NCBI RefSeq assembly: GCF_003334255.1
Contig: NZ_QOWU01000006.1
Length of the DNA stretch: 64,000 bases
From: Escherichia coli
GTDB lineage: Bacteria; Pseudomonadota; Gammaproteobacteria; Enterobacterales; Enterobacteriaceae
Reading direction: 5' to 3' (one strand)
Numbering within the stretch: the first letter of the stretch is position 1; the number at the start of each line of letters is the position of its first letter. Position numbers and translations under genes: made by a program. Below, piece by piece: positions 47,080-58,143 of this stretch. The notes under the pieces are model-generated. The model was not told the DNA's origin. It worked only from the letters and a program-made list of their open reading frames with translations, and ran no database searches.

Positions 47080-48068
47080 CCGCGAAACATCGTGGCCATT
47101 TGTGGCTGAATAGCGTCGAGCATCTCATAGCGCCGACGGTATTCAGCCCGTTTTTTACTGGCGATTTCGGCAATCTCTTTTCGTGCTATCTGTGCTGGAA
47201 GGCGGTAATGGCGTTCAGCATCACATACGCCGCCAACCGATTCCCAGAAAGCGTTGTAATCAGCGTGGATCTTGCCTTCTTTATCGCGATAACGCAGGCT
47301 GCGGTAAATATGCGTTTCATTGCTGACGGCAATAATCTGCTCTACCTGCAAACGTTGGGCAAACAGACAGGCCGCTTCCATCACGAGGCGTTTGGGAAAT
47401 AGCCCGTGGCAGGCTTTCGTCGCATTCTGGATTTCCTGATGTGGAATTTCCCATTTTGCGCCTTGCAGTCCGCCAATAAACATCGTTCTTTTCCCCTGAT
47501 ATTCACACAGGGTAAACGTGATCTCTGCCAGAGGAATACCTTCGCTGTTGCGGAACAGGATTGTGCTGTCACCTTCTTTATCCATTGAGATCATCATGGT
47601 CAGCTCAAGCGTGAACTGCTCGCCGTTTTTGCCTTCCAGCTTCGCCAGTTGCAGCCCGGGGGTATTCAAATATAAGCTGAATTCTTCCGCCGACATACAT
47701 TCGCGGAGTAACGCATAATGGTAACGTAACGCCTCCAGCAATTGCTTACGGCTAAGATTCGCCGCAAGGTAAGGGCGATGCAGACGCACAGGCAGTCGCG
47801 GCTGGCGCGTTAACAATACATTGAGATTAGGCCAGTGGGAAAGTTCGTTCATCCACTCAACGCTTAAACGCGGCATAATCAACGAGCGCAGCAAAAATTT
47901 CTGGCGAAAACTACGGCGATGCCAGAATTTACCCGGCCGACACTGTCCACGTGCCAGACTAAGAAAAAGTGACAGGCTGCTGAGAGATTCAGATGGCGTA
48001 AAGGTCCGTTCAGTTAGCTGCGACATATTCATGAAATCAATGGTTATACATGGCGTCGATTTCACCAT
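47076..48068 (-). CDS. ybjX: YbjX (DUF535, VirK-like)
   Basis: 330 aa ORF; convergent with ybjD with overlapping stop codons (TTAA). Confidence 0.8.
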   Translation of the reverse strand: MVKSTPCITIDFMNMSQLTERTFTPSESLSSLSLFLSLARGQCRPGKFWHRRSFRQKFLLRSLIMPRLSVEWMNELSHWPNLNVLLTRQPRLPVRLHRPYLAANLSRKQLLEALRYHYALLRECMSAEEFSLYLNTPGLQLAKLEGKNGEQFTLELTMMISMDKEGDSTILFRNSEGIPLAEITFTLCEYQGKRTMFIGGLQGAKWEIPHQEIQNATKACHGLFPKRLVMEAACLFAQRLQVEQIIAVSNETHIYRSLRYRDKEGKIHADYNAFWESVGGVCDAERHYRLPAQIARKEIAEIASKKRAEYRRRYEMLDAIQPQMATMFRG

Positions 48069-48182
48069 TGCGTATCTTAACCAAACATCAATAGTGTGAT
48101 TACTAACGTAAATTTTAGGGTTTTGTTGATATTTCGTTGAAGTTAATGACCCGGATTGGCATATGGAGTATTCAGAAAATTT

Positions 48183-49298
48183 ATGAAAAAGCGGAAAACC
48201 GTGAAGAAGCGTTACGTTATTGCGCTGGTGATAGTCATCGCCGGACTGATTACGTTATGGAGAATTCTTAACGCACCCGTGCCGACTTATCAGACGCTGA
48301 TTGTGCGCCCCGGTGATTTACAGCAAAGCGTGCTGGCGACCGGAAAGCTGGACGCGCTGCGTAAGGTTGATGTGGGCGCGCAGGTCAGCGGTCAGTTGAA
48401 AACTCTGTCGGTGGCGATTGGCGATAAAGTAAAAAAAGACCAGCTTTTAGGGGTTATTGATCCTGAACAGGCTGAAAACCAGATTAAGGAGGTCGAAGCA
48501 ACGCTGATGGAGCTACGTGCGCAGCGGCAGCAGGCGGAAGCGGAGCTGAAACTGGCGCGGGTGACGTATTCCCGTCAGCAACGTCTGGCACAAACGAAGG
48601 CTGTTTCACAGCAGGATCTCGACACCGCCGCGACGGAGATGGCTGTGAAACAGGCGCAAATTGGCACCATTGACGCGCAAATCAAGCGCAATCAGGCTTC
48701 TCTCGATACGGCTAAAACCAATCTCGATTACACTCGCATCGTTGCCCCGATGGCCGGGGAAGTCACGCAAATCACCACTCTGCAAGGCCAGACGGTGATT
48801 GCCGCACAACAAGCACCGAACATTCTGACGCTGGCAGATATGAGCACCATGCTGGTAAAAGCGCAGGTTTCTGAAGCGGATGTAATCCACCTGAAGCCGG
48901 GGCAAAAAGCCTGGTTTACGGTGCTTGGCGATCCACTGACGCGCTACGAGGGGCAAATCAAGGATGTACTACCGACGCCGGAAAAGGTTAACGACGCTAT
49001 TTTCTATTACGCCCGTTTTGAAGTCCCCAACCCCAATGGTTTGCTGCGGCTGGATATGACTGCGCAAGTGCATATTCAGCTCACCGATGTGAAAAATGTG
49101 CTGACGATCCCTCTGTCGGCGTTAGGCGATCCGGTTGGCGATAATCGTTATAAAGTCAAATTGTTGCGTAATGGTGAAACACGCGAGCGTGAAGTGACGA
49201 TTGGCGCACGTAACGATACCGATGTTGAGATTGTCAAAGGGCTTGAAGCGGGCGATGAAGTGGTGATTGGTGAGGCCAAACCAGGAGCTGCACAATGA
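48183..49298 (+). CDS. macA: Macrolide export membrane fusion protein MacA
   Basis: ORF 48156..49298; ATG at 48183 gives 371 aa. Confidence 0.9.
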   Translation: MKKRKTVKKRYVIALVIVIAGLITLWRILNAPVPTYQTLIVRPGDLQQSVLATGKLDALRKVDVGAQVSGQLKTLSVAIGDKVKKDQLLGVIDPEQAENQIKEVEATLMELRAQRQQAEAELKLARVTYSRQQRLAQTKAVSQQDLDTAATEMAVKQAQIGTIDAQIKRNQASLDTAKTNLDYTRIVAPMAGEVTQITTLQGQTVIAAQQAPNILTLADMSTMLVKAQVSEADVIHLKPGQKAWFTVLGDPLTRYEGQIKDVLPTPEKVNDAIFYYARFEVPNPNGLLRLDMTAQVHIQLTDVKNVLTIPLSALGDPVGDNRYKVKLLRNGETREREVTIGARNDTDVEIVKGLEAGDEVVIGEAKPGAAQ

Positions 49299-51241
49299 CG
49301 CCTTTGCTCGAATTAAAGGATATTCGTCGCAGCTATCCTGCCGGTGATGAGCAGGTTGAGGTGCTGAAGGGCATCAGCCTCGATATTTATGCGGGTGAGA
49401 TGGTCGCGATTGTTGGCGCTTCGGGTTCCGGTAAATCGACCCTGATGAATATTCTCGGCTGTCTGGATAAGGCCACCAGCGGCACCTATCGCGTCGCCGG
49501 TCAGGATGTTGCCACGCTGGACGCCGATGCGCTGGCGCAACTGCGCCGCGAGCATTTCGGCTTTATTTTCCAGCGTTACCATTTGCTTTCGCATTTAACC
49601 GCCGAGCAGAACGTTGAAGTACCCGCCGTCTATGCTGGTCTTGAGCGGAAACAGCGACTGCTTCGTGCCCAGGAGTTGCTGCAACGGCTGGGGCTGGAAG
49701 ACCGTACAGAGTATTATCCGGCACAGCTTTCGGGTGGTCAGCAACAGCGCGTCAGCATCGCGCGGGCATTGATGAACGGTGGTCAGGTAATTCTTGCCGA
49801 TGAACCAACCGGCGCACTGGACAGCCATTCTGGCGAAGAGGTGATGGCGATCCTGCATCAGCTGCGCGATCGTGGGCATACGGTGATTATCGTCACCCAC
49901 GATCCGCAGGTCGCTGCTCAGGCCGAGCGGGTGATCGAAATTCGCGACGGCGAAATTGTGCGCAATCCTCCCGCCATTGAAAAAGTGAATGTTACTGGCG
50001 GGACGGAACCTGTTGTCAACACGGTGTCTGGCTGGCGGCAGTTTGTCAGCGGTTTTAACGAGGCGCTGACGATGGCATGGCGGGCGCTGGCAGCGAATAA
50101 AATGCGTACTTTACTGACCATGCTGGGGATTATTATCGGTATTGCGTCGGTGGTTTCCATTGTCGTGGTGGGTGACGCCGCCAAACAAATGGTGCTGGCG
50201 GATATTCGTTCTATTGGTACGAATACTATTGATGTCTATCCCGGGAAAGATTTTGGCGATGACGATCCGCAATATCAGCAGGCGCTGAAGTACGACGACT
50301 TAATCGCCATCCAAAAACAACCGTGGGTCGCCTCAGCCACACCTGCCGTCTCGCAAAACCTGCGCCTGCGTTATAACAATGTTGATGTTGCTGCCAGTGC
50401 CAATGGCGTGAGCGGCGATTATTTTAATGTCTATGGCATGACCTTCAGTGAAGGAAACACCTTTAATCAGGAGCAGCTGAACGGTCGTGCGCAGGTCGTG
50501 GTTCTCGACAGTAATACTCGCCGCCAGCTTTTCCCCCATAAAGCAGATGTGGTTGGCGAGGTGATTCTGGTCGGCAATATGCCCGCCAGAGTCATTGGTG
50601 TGGCGGAAGAAAAACAGTCGATGTTTGGTAGCAGTAAAGTGCTGCGTGTCTGGCTACCTTACAGCACGATGTCCGGGCGAGTTATGGGCCAGTCGTGGCT
50701 TAACTCCATTACTGTCAGGGTGAAAGAAGGATTTGACAGCGCCGAGGCGGAACAGCAACTCACGCGTTTACTTTCACTGCGCCACGGAAAGAAGGATTTC
50801 TTTACCTGGAACATGGACGGCGTCTTGAAAACTGTTGAAAAGACCACACGTACTTTACAACTGTTTCTGACGCTGGTGGCGGTGATTTCGCTGGTGGTGG
50901 GCGGTATTGGTGTAATGAATATTATGCTGGTGTCAGTGACCGAGCGGACGCGGGAAATTGGCATTCGCATGGCTGTAGGTGCGCGAGCAAGCGATGTTTT
51001 GCAACAGTTCCTGATCGAAGCCGTACTGGTTTGCCTGGTCGGTGGCGCGTTGGGAATAACACTGTCACTGTTAATTGCTTTCACCTTGCAGCTTTTCTTA
51101 CCCGGCTGGGAGATTGGTTTTTCACCGTTGGCGCTGCTGCTGGCGTTTCTCTGCTCGACGGTCACCGGGATTTTATTTGGCTGGTTACCCGCACGAAATG
51201 CGGCACGACTGGATCCAGTAGATGCTCTGGCACGAGAGTAA
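49295..51241 (+). CDS. macB: Macrolide export ABC transporter MacB (ATPase + permease)
   Basis: 648 aa ORF; Walker [10 protein letters not shown]; C-terminal FtsX-like TM domain; ATGA overlap with macA. Confidence 0.9.
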   Translation: MTPLLELKDIRRSYPAGDEQVEVLKGISLDIYAGEMVAIVGASGSGKSTLMNILGCLDKATSGTYRVAGQDVATLDADALAQLRREHFGFIFQRYHLLSHLTAEQNVEVPAVYAGLERKQRLLRAQELLQRLGLEDRTEYYPAQLSGGQQQRVSIARALMNGGQVILADEPTGALDSHSGEEVMAILHQLRDRGHTVIIVTHDPQVAAQAERVIEIRDGEIVRNPPAIEKVNVTGGTEPVVNTVSGWRQFVSGFNEALTMAWRALAANKMRTLLTMLGIIIGIASVVSIVVVGDAAKQMVLADIRSIGTNTIDVYPGKDFGDDDPQYQQALKYDDLIAIQKQPWVASATPAVSQNLRLRYNNVDVAASANGVSGDYFNVYGMTFSEGNTFNQEQLNGRAQVVVLDSNTRRQLFPHKADVVGEVILVGNMPARVIGVAEEKQSMFGSSKVLRVWLPYSTMSGRVMGQSWLNSITVRVKEGFDSAEAEQQLTRLLSLRHGKKDFFTWNMDGVLKTVEKTTRTLQLFLTLVAVISLVVGGIGVMNIMLVSVTERTREIGIRMAVGARASDVLQQFLIEAVLVCLVGGALGITLSLLIAFTLQLFLPGWEIGFSPLALLLAFLCSTVTGILFGWLPARNAARLDPVDALARE

Positions 51242-51256
51242 TTTTTGAGATAAAAA

Positions 51257-51281
51257 TGCCAGCCGATCGGGCTGGCATTTT
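51257..51281. terminator. Bidirectional intrinsic terminator between macB and cspD
   Basis: TGCCAGCC-gatcg-GGCTGGCA hairpin flanked by A-run on the left and T-run on the right. Confidence 0.7.
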
Positions 51282-51313
51282 GCCTTTAGGATGTACACAA
51301 TGAGACAGAAGAG

Positions 51314-51538
51314 CTATGCGACTGCCGCTTCTACTTCGACGGGCACAATAACACTGGCGTGATTGCCTTTTGGCCCCTGGTGGACATCAAACTGAACGGA
51401 TTGTCCAGCTTTTAGCGTTCTGTAACCATCCATCTGAATGGTGGAATAATGAGCGAAAATATCTTCGCCGCCGCCTTCAGGGCAGATGAAACCAAACCCT
51501 TTGGCATTGTTGAACCACTTAACAGTACCCTTTTCCAT
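51314..51538 (-). CDS. cspD: Cold-shock-domain protein CspD (stationary-phase replication inhibitor)
   Basis: ORF 51314..51568; ATG at 51538 (MEKGTVKWFNNAKGFGFI) gives 74 aa. Confidence 0.9.
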   Translation of the reverse strand: MEKGTVKWFNNAKGFGFICPEGGGEDIFAHYSTIQMDGYRTLKAGQSVQFDVHQGPKGNHASVIVPVEVEAAVA

Positions 51539-51860
51539 GCTTCGACATCCTTCGCAAATCTTATACAAGTAAGATGGAATAAACCGGGGTCAGAGAGGGG
51601 GCTGTTCAAAACCTCGCCAACTCTAGAAATACAATTTAGAGAATTAGGGCGAGCCGTCAAGCATTTGACAGGGGACAAGGGGCAGGTATGAATCAAAAAT
51701 TTGAAGCAGTTAACGCTATTGACAGGAATGTGACAGATGTCGCTGATGCCAACGATAGATGATAGTTATCTATCATGTGGAGTAGATTGGTCAGGCAAAT
51801 AAGCTCTTGTCAGCGGCAGGGCGTTCTGCCGATAACCGTAACCGAAGATGATAACTGACA

Positions 51861-52181
51861 ATGGGTAAAACGAACGACTGGCTGGACTTTGATCAACTGG
51901 CGGAAGAAAAAGTTCGCGACGCGCTAAAACCGCCATCTATGTATAAAGTGATATTAGTCAATGATGATTACACTCCGATGGAGTTTGTTATTGACGTGTT
52001 ACAAAAATTCTTTTCTTATGATGTAGAACGTGCAACGCAATTGATGCTCGCTGTTCACTACCAGGGGAAGGCCATTTGCGGAGTCTTTACCGCCGAGGTT
52101 GCAGAAACCAAAGTGGCGATGGTGAACAAGTACGCGAGGGAGAATGAGCATCCATTGCTGTGTACGCTAGAAAAAGCCTGA
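51861..52181 (+). CDS. clpS: ClpS, N-end rule adaptor for ClpAP
   Basis: 106 aa ORF. Confidence 0.9.
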
Positions 52182-52211
52182 ATGCAGGCATAAAAATTGG
52201 GGGAGGTGCCT

Positions 52212-54488
52212 ATGCTCAATCAAGAACTGGAACTCAGTTTAAATATGGCTTTCGCCAGAGCGCGCGAGCACCGTCATGAGTTTATGACCGTCGAGCACTT
52301 GTTACTGGCGCTGCTCAGTAACCCATCTGCCCGGGAGGCGCTGGAAGCGTGTTCTGTGGATTTGGTTGCGCTCCGTCAGGAACTGGAAGCCTTTATTGAA
52401 CAAACCACACCCGTTCTGCCTGCCAGTGAAGAGGAGCGCGACACACAGCCGACGCTGAGTTTTCAGCGTGTACTGCAACGTGCGGTCTTCCATGTCCAGT
52501 CCTCCGGTCGCAATGAGGTTACCGGTGCAAACGTTCTGGTCGCTATCTTTAGCGAACAGGAGTCGCAGGCGGCATATCTGTTGCGTAAACATGAAGTCAG
52601 CCGTCTCGATGTGGTGAACTTTATCTCTCATGGCACGCGTAAAGACGAGCCGACACAGTCTTCTGATCCTGGCAGCCAGCCAAACAGCGAAGAACAAGCT
52701 GGTGGGGAGGAACGTATGGAGAATTTCACGACGAACCTGAATCAGCTTGCGCGCGTGGGCGGAATCGACCCACTGATTGGTCGTGAGAAGGAGCTGGAGC
52801 GTGCTATTCAGGTTCTCTGCCGTCGCCGTAAAAACAACCCGCTGCTGGTGGGGGAATCTGGTGTCGGTAAAACCGCGATTGCGGAAGGTCTTGCCTGGCG
52901 AATTGTTCAGGGCGATGTGCCGGAAGTGATGGCTGACTGTACGATTTACTCTCTCGATATCGGTTCTCTGTTAGCGGGCACAAAATATCGCGGCGACTTT
53001 GAAAAACGTTTTAAAGCGTTGCTCAAGCAGCTGGAGCAGGACACTAACAGCATCCTGTTTATTGATGAGATCCACACCATTATCGGTGCGGGTGCAGCGT
53101 CTGGTGGTCAGGTCGATGCGGCTAACCTAATCAAACCGTTGCTCTCCAGCGGTAAAATTCGTGTAATTGGTTCGACAACCTATCAGGAGTTCAGCAACAT
53201 TTTCGAGAAAGACCGTGCTCTGGCGCGTCGCTTCCAGAAAATTGATATTACTGAACCGTCGATCGAAGAAACTGTTCAAATCATCAATGGCCTGAAACCG
53301 AAGTATGAAGCGCACCACGACGTGCGTTATACCGCAAAAGCGGTGCGTGCGGCGGTAGAGCTGGCGGTGAAATACATTAACGATCGTCATCTGCCGGATA
53401 AAGCCATTGATGTTATCGACGAAGCGGGCGCTCGCGCACGCCTGATGCCGGTAAGCAAACGCAAGAAAACCGTTAATGTGGCGGATATTGAGTCCGTGGT
53501 GGCCCGTATTGCACGCATTCCAGAGAAGAGTGTTTCTCAGAGTGATCGTGATACCCTGAAAAACCTCGGCGATCGCTTGAAAATGCTGGTCTTCGGTCAG
53601 GATAAAGCCATTGAGGCGCTGACTGAAGCCATTAAGATGGCGCGTGCAGGTTTAGGTCACGAACATAAACCGGTTGGTTCGTTCCTGTTTGCCGGCCCTA
53701 CCGGGGTCGGGAAAACAGAGGTGACGGTACAGCTTTCGAAAGCTTTGGGCATTGAGCTTCTGCGCTTTGATATGTCCGAGTATATGGAACGCCATACCGT
53801 CAGCCGTCTTATTGGTGCGCCTCCGGGATACGTTGGTTTTGATCAGGGCGGTTTGCTGACTGATGCGGTCATCAAGCATCCACATGCGGTGCTGCTGCTG
53901 GACGAAATCGAGAAAGCGCACCCGGACGTGTTCAATATTCTGTTGCAGGTGATGGATAACGGTACGCTGACCGATAACAACGGACGCAAAGCAGACTTCC
54001 GTAACGTGGTGCTGGTGATGACCACCAACGCCGGGGTACGGGAAACTGAGCGCAAATCCATTGGTCTTATCCACCAGGATAACAGCACCGATGCGATGGA
54101 AGAGATCAAGAAGATCTTTACACCGGAATTCCGTAACCGTCTCGACAACATTATCTGGTTTGATCATCTGTCAACCGACGTGATCCATCAGGTGGTGGAT
54201 AAATTCATCGTCGAGTTGCAGGTTCAGCTGGATCAGAAAGGTGTTTCTCTGGAAGTGAGCCAGGAAGCGCGTAACTGGCTGGCCGAGAAAGGTTACGACC
54301 GGGCAATGGGCGCTCGTCCGATGGCGCGTGTCATCCAGGACAACCTGAAAAAACCGCTCGCCAACGAACTGCTGTTTGGTTCGCTGGTGGACGGCGGTCA
54401 GGTCACCGTCGCGCTGGATAAAGAGAAAAATGAGCTGACTTACGGATTCCAGAGTGCACAAAAGCACAAGGCGGAAGCAGCGCATTAA
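52212..54488 (+). CDS. clpA: ATP-dependent Clp protease ATPase subunit ClpA
   Basis: ORF 52197..54488; ATG at 52212 ([11 protein letters not shown]) gives 758 aa; two AAA+ modules with Walker A GESGVGKT and GPTGVGKT. Confidence 0.9.
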   Translation: MLNQELELSLNMAFARAREHRHEFMTVEHLLLALLSNPSAREALEACSVDLVALRQELEAFIEQTTPVLPASEEERDTQPTLSFQRVLQRAVFHVQSSGRNEVTGANVLVAIFSEQESQAAYLLRKHEVSRLDVVNFISHGTRKDEPTQSSDPGSQPNSEEQAGGEERMENFTTNLNQLARVGGIDPLIGREKELERAIQVLCRRRKNNPLLVGESGVGKTAIAEGLAWRIVQGDVPEVMADCTIYSLDIGSLLAGTKYRGDFEKRFKALLKQLEQDTNSILFIDEIHTIIGAGAASGGQVDAANLIKPLLSSGKIRVIGSTTYQEFSNIFEKDRALARRFQKIDITEPSIEETVQIINGLKPKYEAHHDVRYTAKAVRAAVELAVKYINDRHLPDKAIDVIDEAGARARLMPVSKRKKTVNVADIESVVARIARIPEKSVSQSDRDTLKNLGDRLKMLVFGQDKAIEALTEAIKMARAGLGHEHKPVGSFLFAGPTGVGKTEVTVQLSKALGIELLRFDMSEYMERHTVSRLIGAPPGYVGFDQGGLLTDAVIKHPHAVLLLDEIEKAHPDVFNILLQVMDNGTLTDNNGRKADFRNVVLVMTTNAGVRETERKSIGLIHQDNSTDAMEEIKKIFTPEFRNRLDNIIWFDHLSTDVIHQVVDKFIVELQVQLDQKGVSLEVSQEARNWLAEKGYDRAMGARPMARVIQDNLKKPLANELLFGSLVDGGQVTVALDKEKNELTYGFQSAQKHKAEAAH

Positions 54489-54513
54489 TCTGATTGTTAG
54501 GTAGGTTGGTCAA

Positions 54514-54550
54514 GTCCGTAATCTCGAAAGAGGTTACGGACTTTTTGTTT
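54514..54550 (+). terminator. Intrinsic terminator of clpA
   Basis: GTCCGTAATCTC-gaaa-GAGGTTACGGAC hairpin followed by TTTTTGTTT. Confidence 0.75.
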
Positions 54551-54700
54551 ATGGGGTGGAGGAGGTTCAGACCCTTTTTTTAATGATGATGGTAAGTTGT
54601 TGATAATTAGTGCTGCGGGAAGGTAAGGATAAAAAAGGGTGCTGCAGGAGAATGGGATGGTTTTGCTTTATTAACAACGGGCTAAACGTGTAGTATTTGA

Positions 54701-54788
54701 GTTCACTGCCGTACAGGCAGCTTAGAAATTCACAGGTAACATACTCCACCCGCCCACCATGTTCACTGCCGTACAGACAGATAAAATG
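54701..54788 (+). CRISPR. Orphan type I-F CRISPR mini-array (2 repeats, 1 spacer)
   Basis: Repeat 1 GTTCACTGCCGTACAGGCAGCTTAGAAA (54701-54728); 32-bp spacer TTCACAGGTAACATACTCCACCCGCCCACCAT (54729-54760); degenerate terminal repeat GTTCACTGCCGTACAGACAGATAAAATG (54761-54788); no cas genes in window. Confidence 0.85.
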
Positions 54789-54790
54789 CG

Positions 54791-54820
54791 AAAAAAAAGC
54801 TCGCACTTTCGTACGAGCTC
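54791..54820 (-). terminator. Intrinsic terminator of serW
   Basis: Minus strand imperfect hairpin GCTCGtac-gaaa-gtgCGAGC followed by 8 T. Confidence 0.7.
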
Positions 54821-54831
54821 TTCTTTAAATA

Positions 54832-54919
54832 TGGCGGTGAGGGGGGGATTCGAACCCCCGATACGTTGCCGTATACACACTTTCCAGGCGTGCTCCTTCA
54901 GCCACTCGGACACCTCACC
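54832..54919 (-). tRNA. serW: tRNA-Ser (anticodon GGA)
   Basis: Minus strand reads GGTGAGGTGTCCGAGTGGCTGAAGGAGCACGCCTGGAAAGTGTGTATACGGCAACGTATCGGGGGTTCGAATCCCCCCCTCACCGCCA; long variable arm; encoded CCA. Confidence 0.95.
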
Positions 54920-55105
54920 AAATTGTTTTGCTACCAAACCTCATGGGTGGCAACGGGGCGCTACTATAGGGAGTTGGAGTAAAACGGTCAAGAAGAATTT
55001 TAATGATAATTATTGTTTGCTCATACTGTAAACAAGTTGTGCAGTATATCTACATCGAGACAAGTTACGGACTTATACTTCCAAAGTACTTCATACATAT
55101 CACAA

Positions 55106-55140
55106 AATAAAAAGGCCGGTTAAACCGACCTTTTACTCGT
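55106..55140 (-). terminator. Putative intrinsic terminator of infA
   Basis: Minus strand AAGGTCGGTT-taa-AACCGGCCTT (one mismatch) followed by TTATTTTGTG. Confidence 0.55.
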
Positions 55141-55172
55141 TCTTTCTCTTCGCCCATCAGGCGGTAAAACAA

Positions 55173-55394
<222 letters not shown>

Positions 55395-55675
55395 ATCCTC
55401 TGGGGTATCACTACCGTAATTTGAACCGGCAAGATAATGCCGAAGTTCTGTAAATAAGTAAAGATTTGCGCGCTAAATCGCAACAAACAGGTTCGGCACA
55501 TTACTCCGAAAACACACGGCTAAGCCGCACCAAAAGCGCAACGTATAAGGGAGCGGTGAGATAAACGATGGGCGTTACCTGACGCGAAAAATTCCTTATC
55601 GGCAGCGGGGTAATGAGCGTAACCAACTCTGCGACCGCAATTATAACACTCTGGGGAGAAATGTGCCGAAAACAT

Positions 55676-56380
55676 TCATTCTTGTGGTGAAAACAAGCAT
55701 CGTGGTACCCAGAAATTATTCGGCAATCGTCCGAGGCGCATTTGATTGAGATAATTAAGGTAATCCCGGCGGGGAATTTCGCAGGCACCAAGCGATGCTG
55801 TGTGATCGTTAAGGACCTGGCAGTCGATAAGCTTACCGCCATGACCGATAAATTCCTCACAGAATACCAGAAGCGCCGTTTTAGACGCATTTTCCATCCG
55901 GCTGAACATGGACTCGCCACAAAATAGCGTTCCCTGGGCCACGCCGTACATACCGCCGACAAGCTCATCTTCACGCCAGACTTCAATGGAGTGGGCATGG
56001 CCGAGTTCGTGAAGGCGATGGTAGGCTTCGACCACGCCACGCGTGATCCAGGTTCCTTCTTCGCGATCGCTGGCACAGCCTTCAATGACCTGACCAAAAG
56101 CGTAATTCATCGTGACACGATAGGGCGAGCGTTTATGAAATCGCTTCATACTACGGCTGATATGCAGTGATTCTGGCCATAGCACCGCGCGGGGATCGGG
56201 CGACCACCAGAGGATGGGGTCGCCTGGAGAAAACCACGGAAAAATACCACGCTGGTAAGCCATTAACAGGCGCGCAGGGCTAAGATCGCCCCCAAGTGCC
56301 AGCAGGCCGTTAGGCTCACGTAATGCGCCTTCCGGGGAAGGGAAGGCTATTGAATGGCGAGAAAGCTGAACCAGGCGCAT
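55676..56380 (-). CDS. aat: Leucyl/phenylalanyl-tRNA--protein transferase
   Basis: 234 aa ORF. Confidence 0.9.
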
Positions 56381-56421
56381 GACCGCAAAACTCCACGCAA
56401 GTCGGATCGTTCAATAATAGC

Positions 56422-58143
56422 TTACAAACCCTGCTTGAACTGGTAATAACGCCCCTGTCTGGCAAGCAGTTCTGCGTGAGTACCTTGCTCAATAATTTGC
56501 CCGTTGTCCATCACTATTATTTGTTGGAAACGAGAGAGTCCGCGAAGTCGATGGGTGACCATTAACACCGTTTTCTCACGCATCATTTCTGCAAGCAATT
56601 CAAGGATCTGGCTTTCGGTTGTGGCATCTAAGCCTTCGGTAGGTTCATCCAGCAACACCAGTGGCGCATCATGTAACAGCGCACGGGCGATAGCCAGACG
56701 GCGCAGTTCACCACCGGAGAGCTGGCGTCCGCCTTCACCTAACCAACTGTTGAGACCTGCATCCTCGAGCAGCTTTTCCAGGCCAACGCGACGCAAGATC
56801 TCCGACAGAGCCTCATCACTACTGCCAGGCGAGGCGAGTAAAAGATTATCACGCAGCGTGGCGCTAAACAGATGCACTCGCTGAGGAACAACGCTGATGG
56901 TCTGTCGTAGAGCCGCTTCATTCAGGCTGGCTATGGGGCTATCGTTAAGCAAAATCTCGCCCTGTTGCGGGTCCCATGCGCGGGTCAGCAGTTGTAACAG
57001 TGTTGATTTGCCGCATCCGGTTCGCCCGAGAATCGCTATATGTTCCCCGGCGTTTACCTGAAGAGAAATCCCTTTAAGTGCCTGTTGAGATTGCTCCGGA
57101 TAAGTGAACTGAACATCCCGTAACGTCAGCGAAACGCGATCGGCAACACGAGTTTGGGTATCAGGAAAGGTGACCTCCGGTTTTTGATCCGTTAAGTCAG
57201 AGATACGTACGGCAGAGGCAATGACTTGCCCCAGATGCTGAAATGCACCCGTTACTGGTGCCAGTGCTTCAAACGCGGCTAACGCGCAGAAGACAAACAG
57301 GGCAATTAACGCGCCGGGTTGAGCATTGCCGCCAACGCCGCCAGACGCCATCCACAGCATCAGGATCACCGCTAACGCGCCAATGAGCAGCATTATCGCT
57401 TGCGACAATGCGGTCAGTTCAGATTGACGGCGTTGCGCTTCCAGCCATTGAATTTCTGTATTCTCTAGTTGCGTGCGATAACGATCGCTGGCACCAAAAA
57501 TGGTCAGCTCAGCTTGCCCTTGCAGCCAGGCCGTCAGTTGTTGGCGATACTGTCCGCGAAGATGAGTCAGATTTTGCCCGGTGCTTTTTCCCGCACGATA
57601 AAACAGCGGTGGCATCAGGAAAAGCGTCAGTAACATAATGCCGCCCAGCGTAAAGGCGAGGGTGAAATCAAGGAAACTTAACCCGATTGTCACCACCATA
57701 ATCACCACAAAAGCGCCCACCAGCGGCGAGATAACGCGCAGGTAAAGATGATCGAGCGTATCAACATCCGCCACCACGCGATTGAGCAATTCGCCCTGAC
57801 GATAGCGCGCCAGTCCGGCAGGGGAGAGGGGCAGCAATTTGCTGAAGGTGTAAATGCGCAGATGCTGCAACACGCGGAAAGTCGCGTCGTGACTTACCAG
57901 ACGTTCAAAATAGCGCCCGGCAGTACGGGTGATTGCTGCGCCACGCACGCCCGCAGCGGGTAGCATATAGTTGAAGCTGTACAGTCCGGCAACCCCCGCA
58001 ACCGCTGAGGCCGAGAGGAACCAGCCGGAAAGTGTCAACAGACCGATACTGGCGAGCAGCGTCACAATTGCCAGCACAATACCAAGACTTAACATCCATT
58101 TATGACGTTTATACAGTGCCAGATAGGGTAGCAAAGCGCGCAT
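56422..58143 (-). CDS. cydC: ABC transporter CydC (glutathione/cysteine export, cytochrome bd assembly)
   Basis: 573 aa ORF, N-terminal 6-TM domain and C-terminal ABC ATPase. Confidence 0.9.
   Translation of the reverse strand: MRALLPYLALYKRHKWMLSLGIVLAIVTLLASIGLLTLSGWFLSASAVAGVAGLYSFNYMLPAAGVRGAAITRTAGRYFERLVSHDATFRVLQHLRIYTFSKLLPLSPAGLARYRQGELLNRVVADVDTLDHLYLRVISPLVGAFVVIMVVTIGLSFLDFTLAFTLGGIMLLTLFLMPPLFYRAGKSTGQNLTHLRGQYRQQLTAWLQGQAELTIFGASDRYRTQLENTEIQWLEAQRRQSELTALSQAIMLLIGALAVILMLWMASGGVGGNAQPGALIALFVFCALAAFEALAPVTGAFQHLGQVIASAVRISDLTDQKPEVTFPDTQTRVADRVSLTLRDVQFTYPEQSQQALKGISLQVNAGEHIAILGRTGCGKSTLLQLLTRAWDPQQGEILLNDSPIASLNEAALRQTISVVPQRVHLFSATLRDNLLLASPGSSDEALSEILRRVGLEKLLEDAGLNSWLGEGGRQLSGGELRRLAIARALLHDAPLVLLDEPTEGLDATTESQILELLAEMMREKTVLMVTHRLRGLSRFQQIIVMDNGQIIEQGTHAELLARQGRYYQFKQGL

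Noticed and set aside
54567-55031. Three ORFs from the six-frame track (54567-54806 minus, 54722-54937 minus, 54759-55031 plus) covering the clpA-serW spacer
   Set aside because: They run through the CRISPR repeats, the serW terminator and the tRNA itself; products are low-complexity with no recognisable domain; the region is explained by non-coding features
54920-55172. Possible genomic island inserted at serW
   Set aside because: infA follows within about 250 bp; no integrase, direct repeat or foreign genes present
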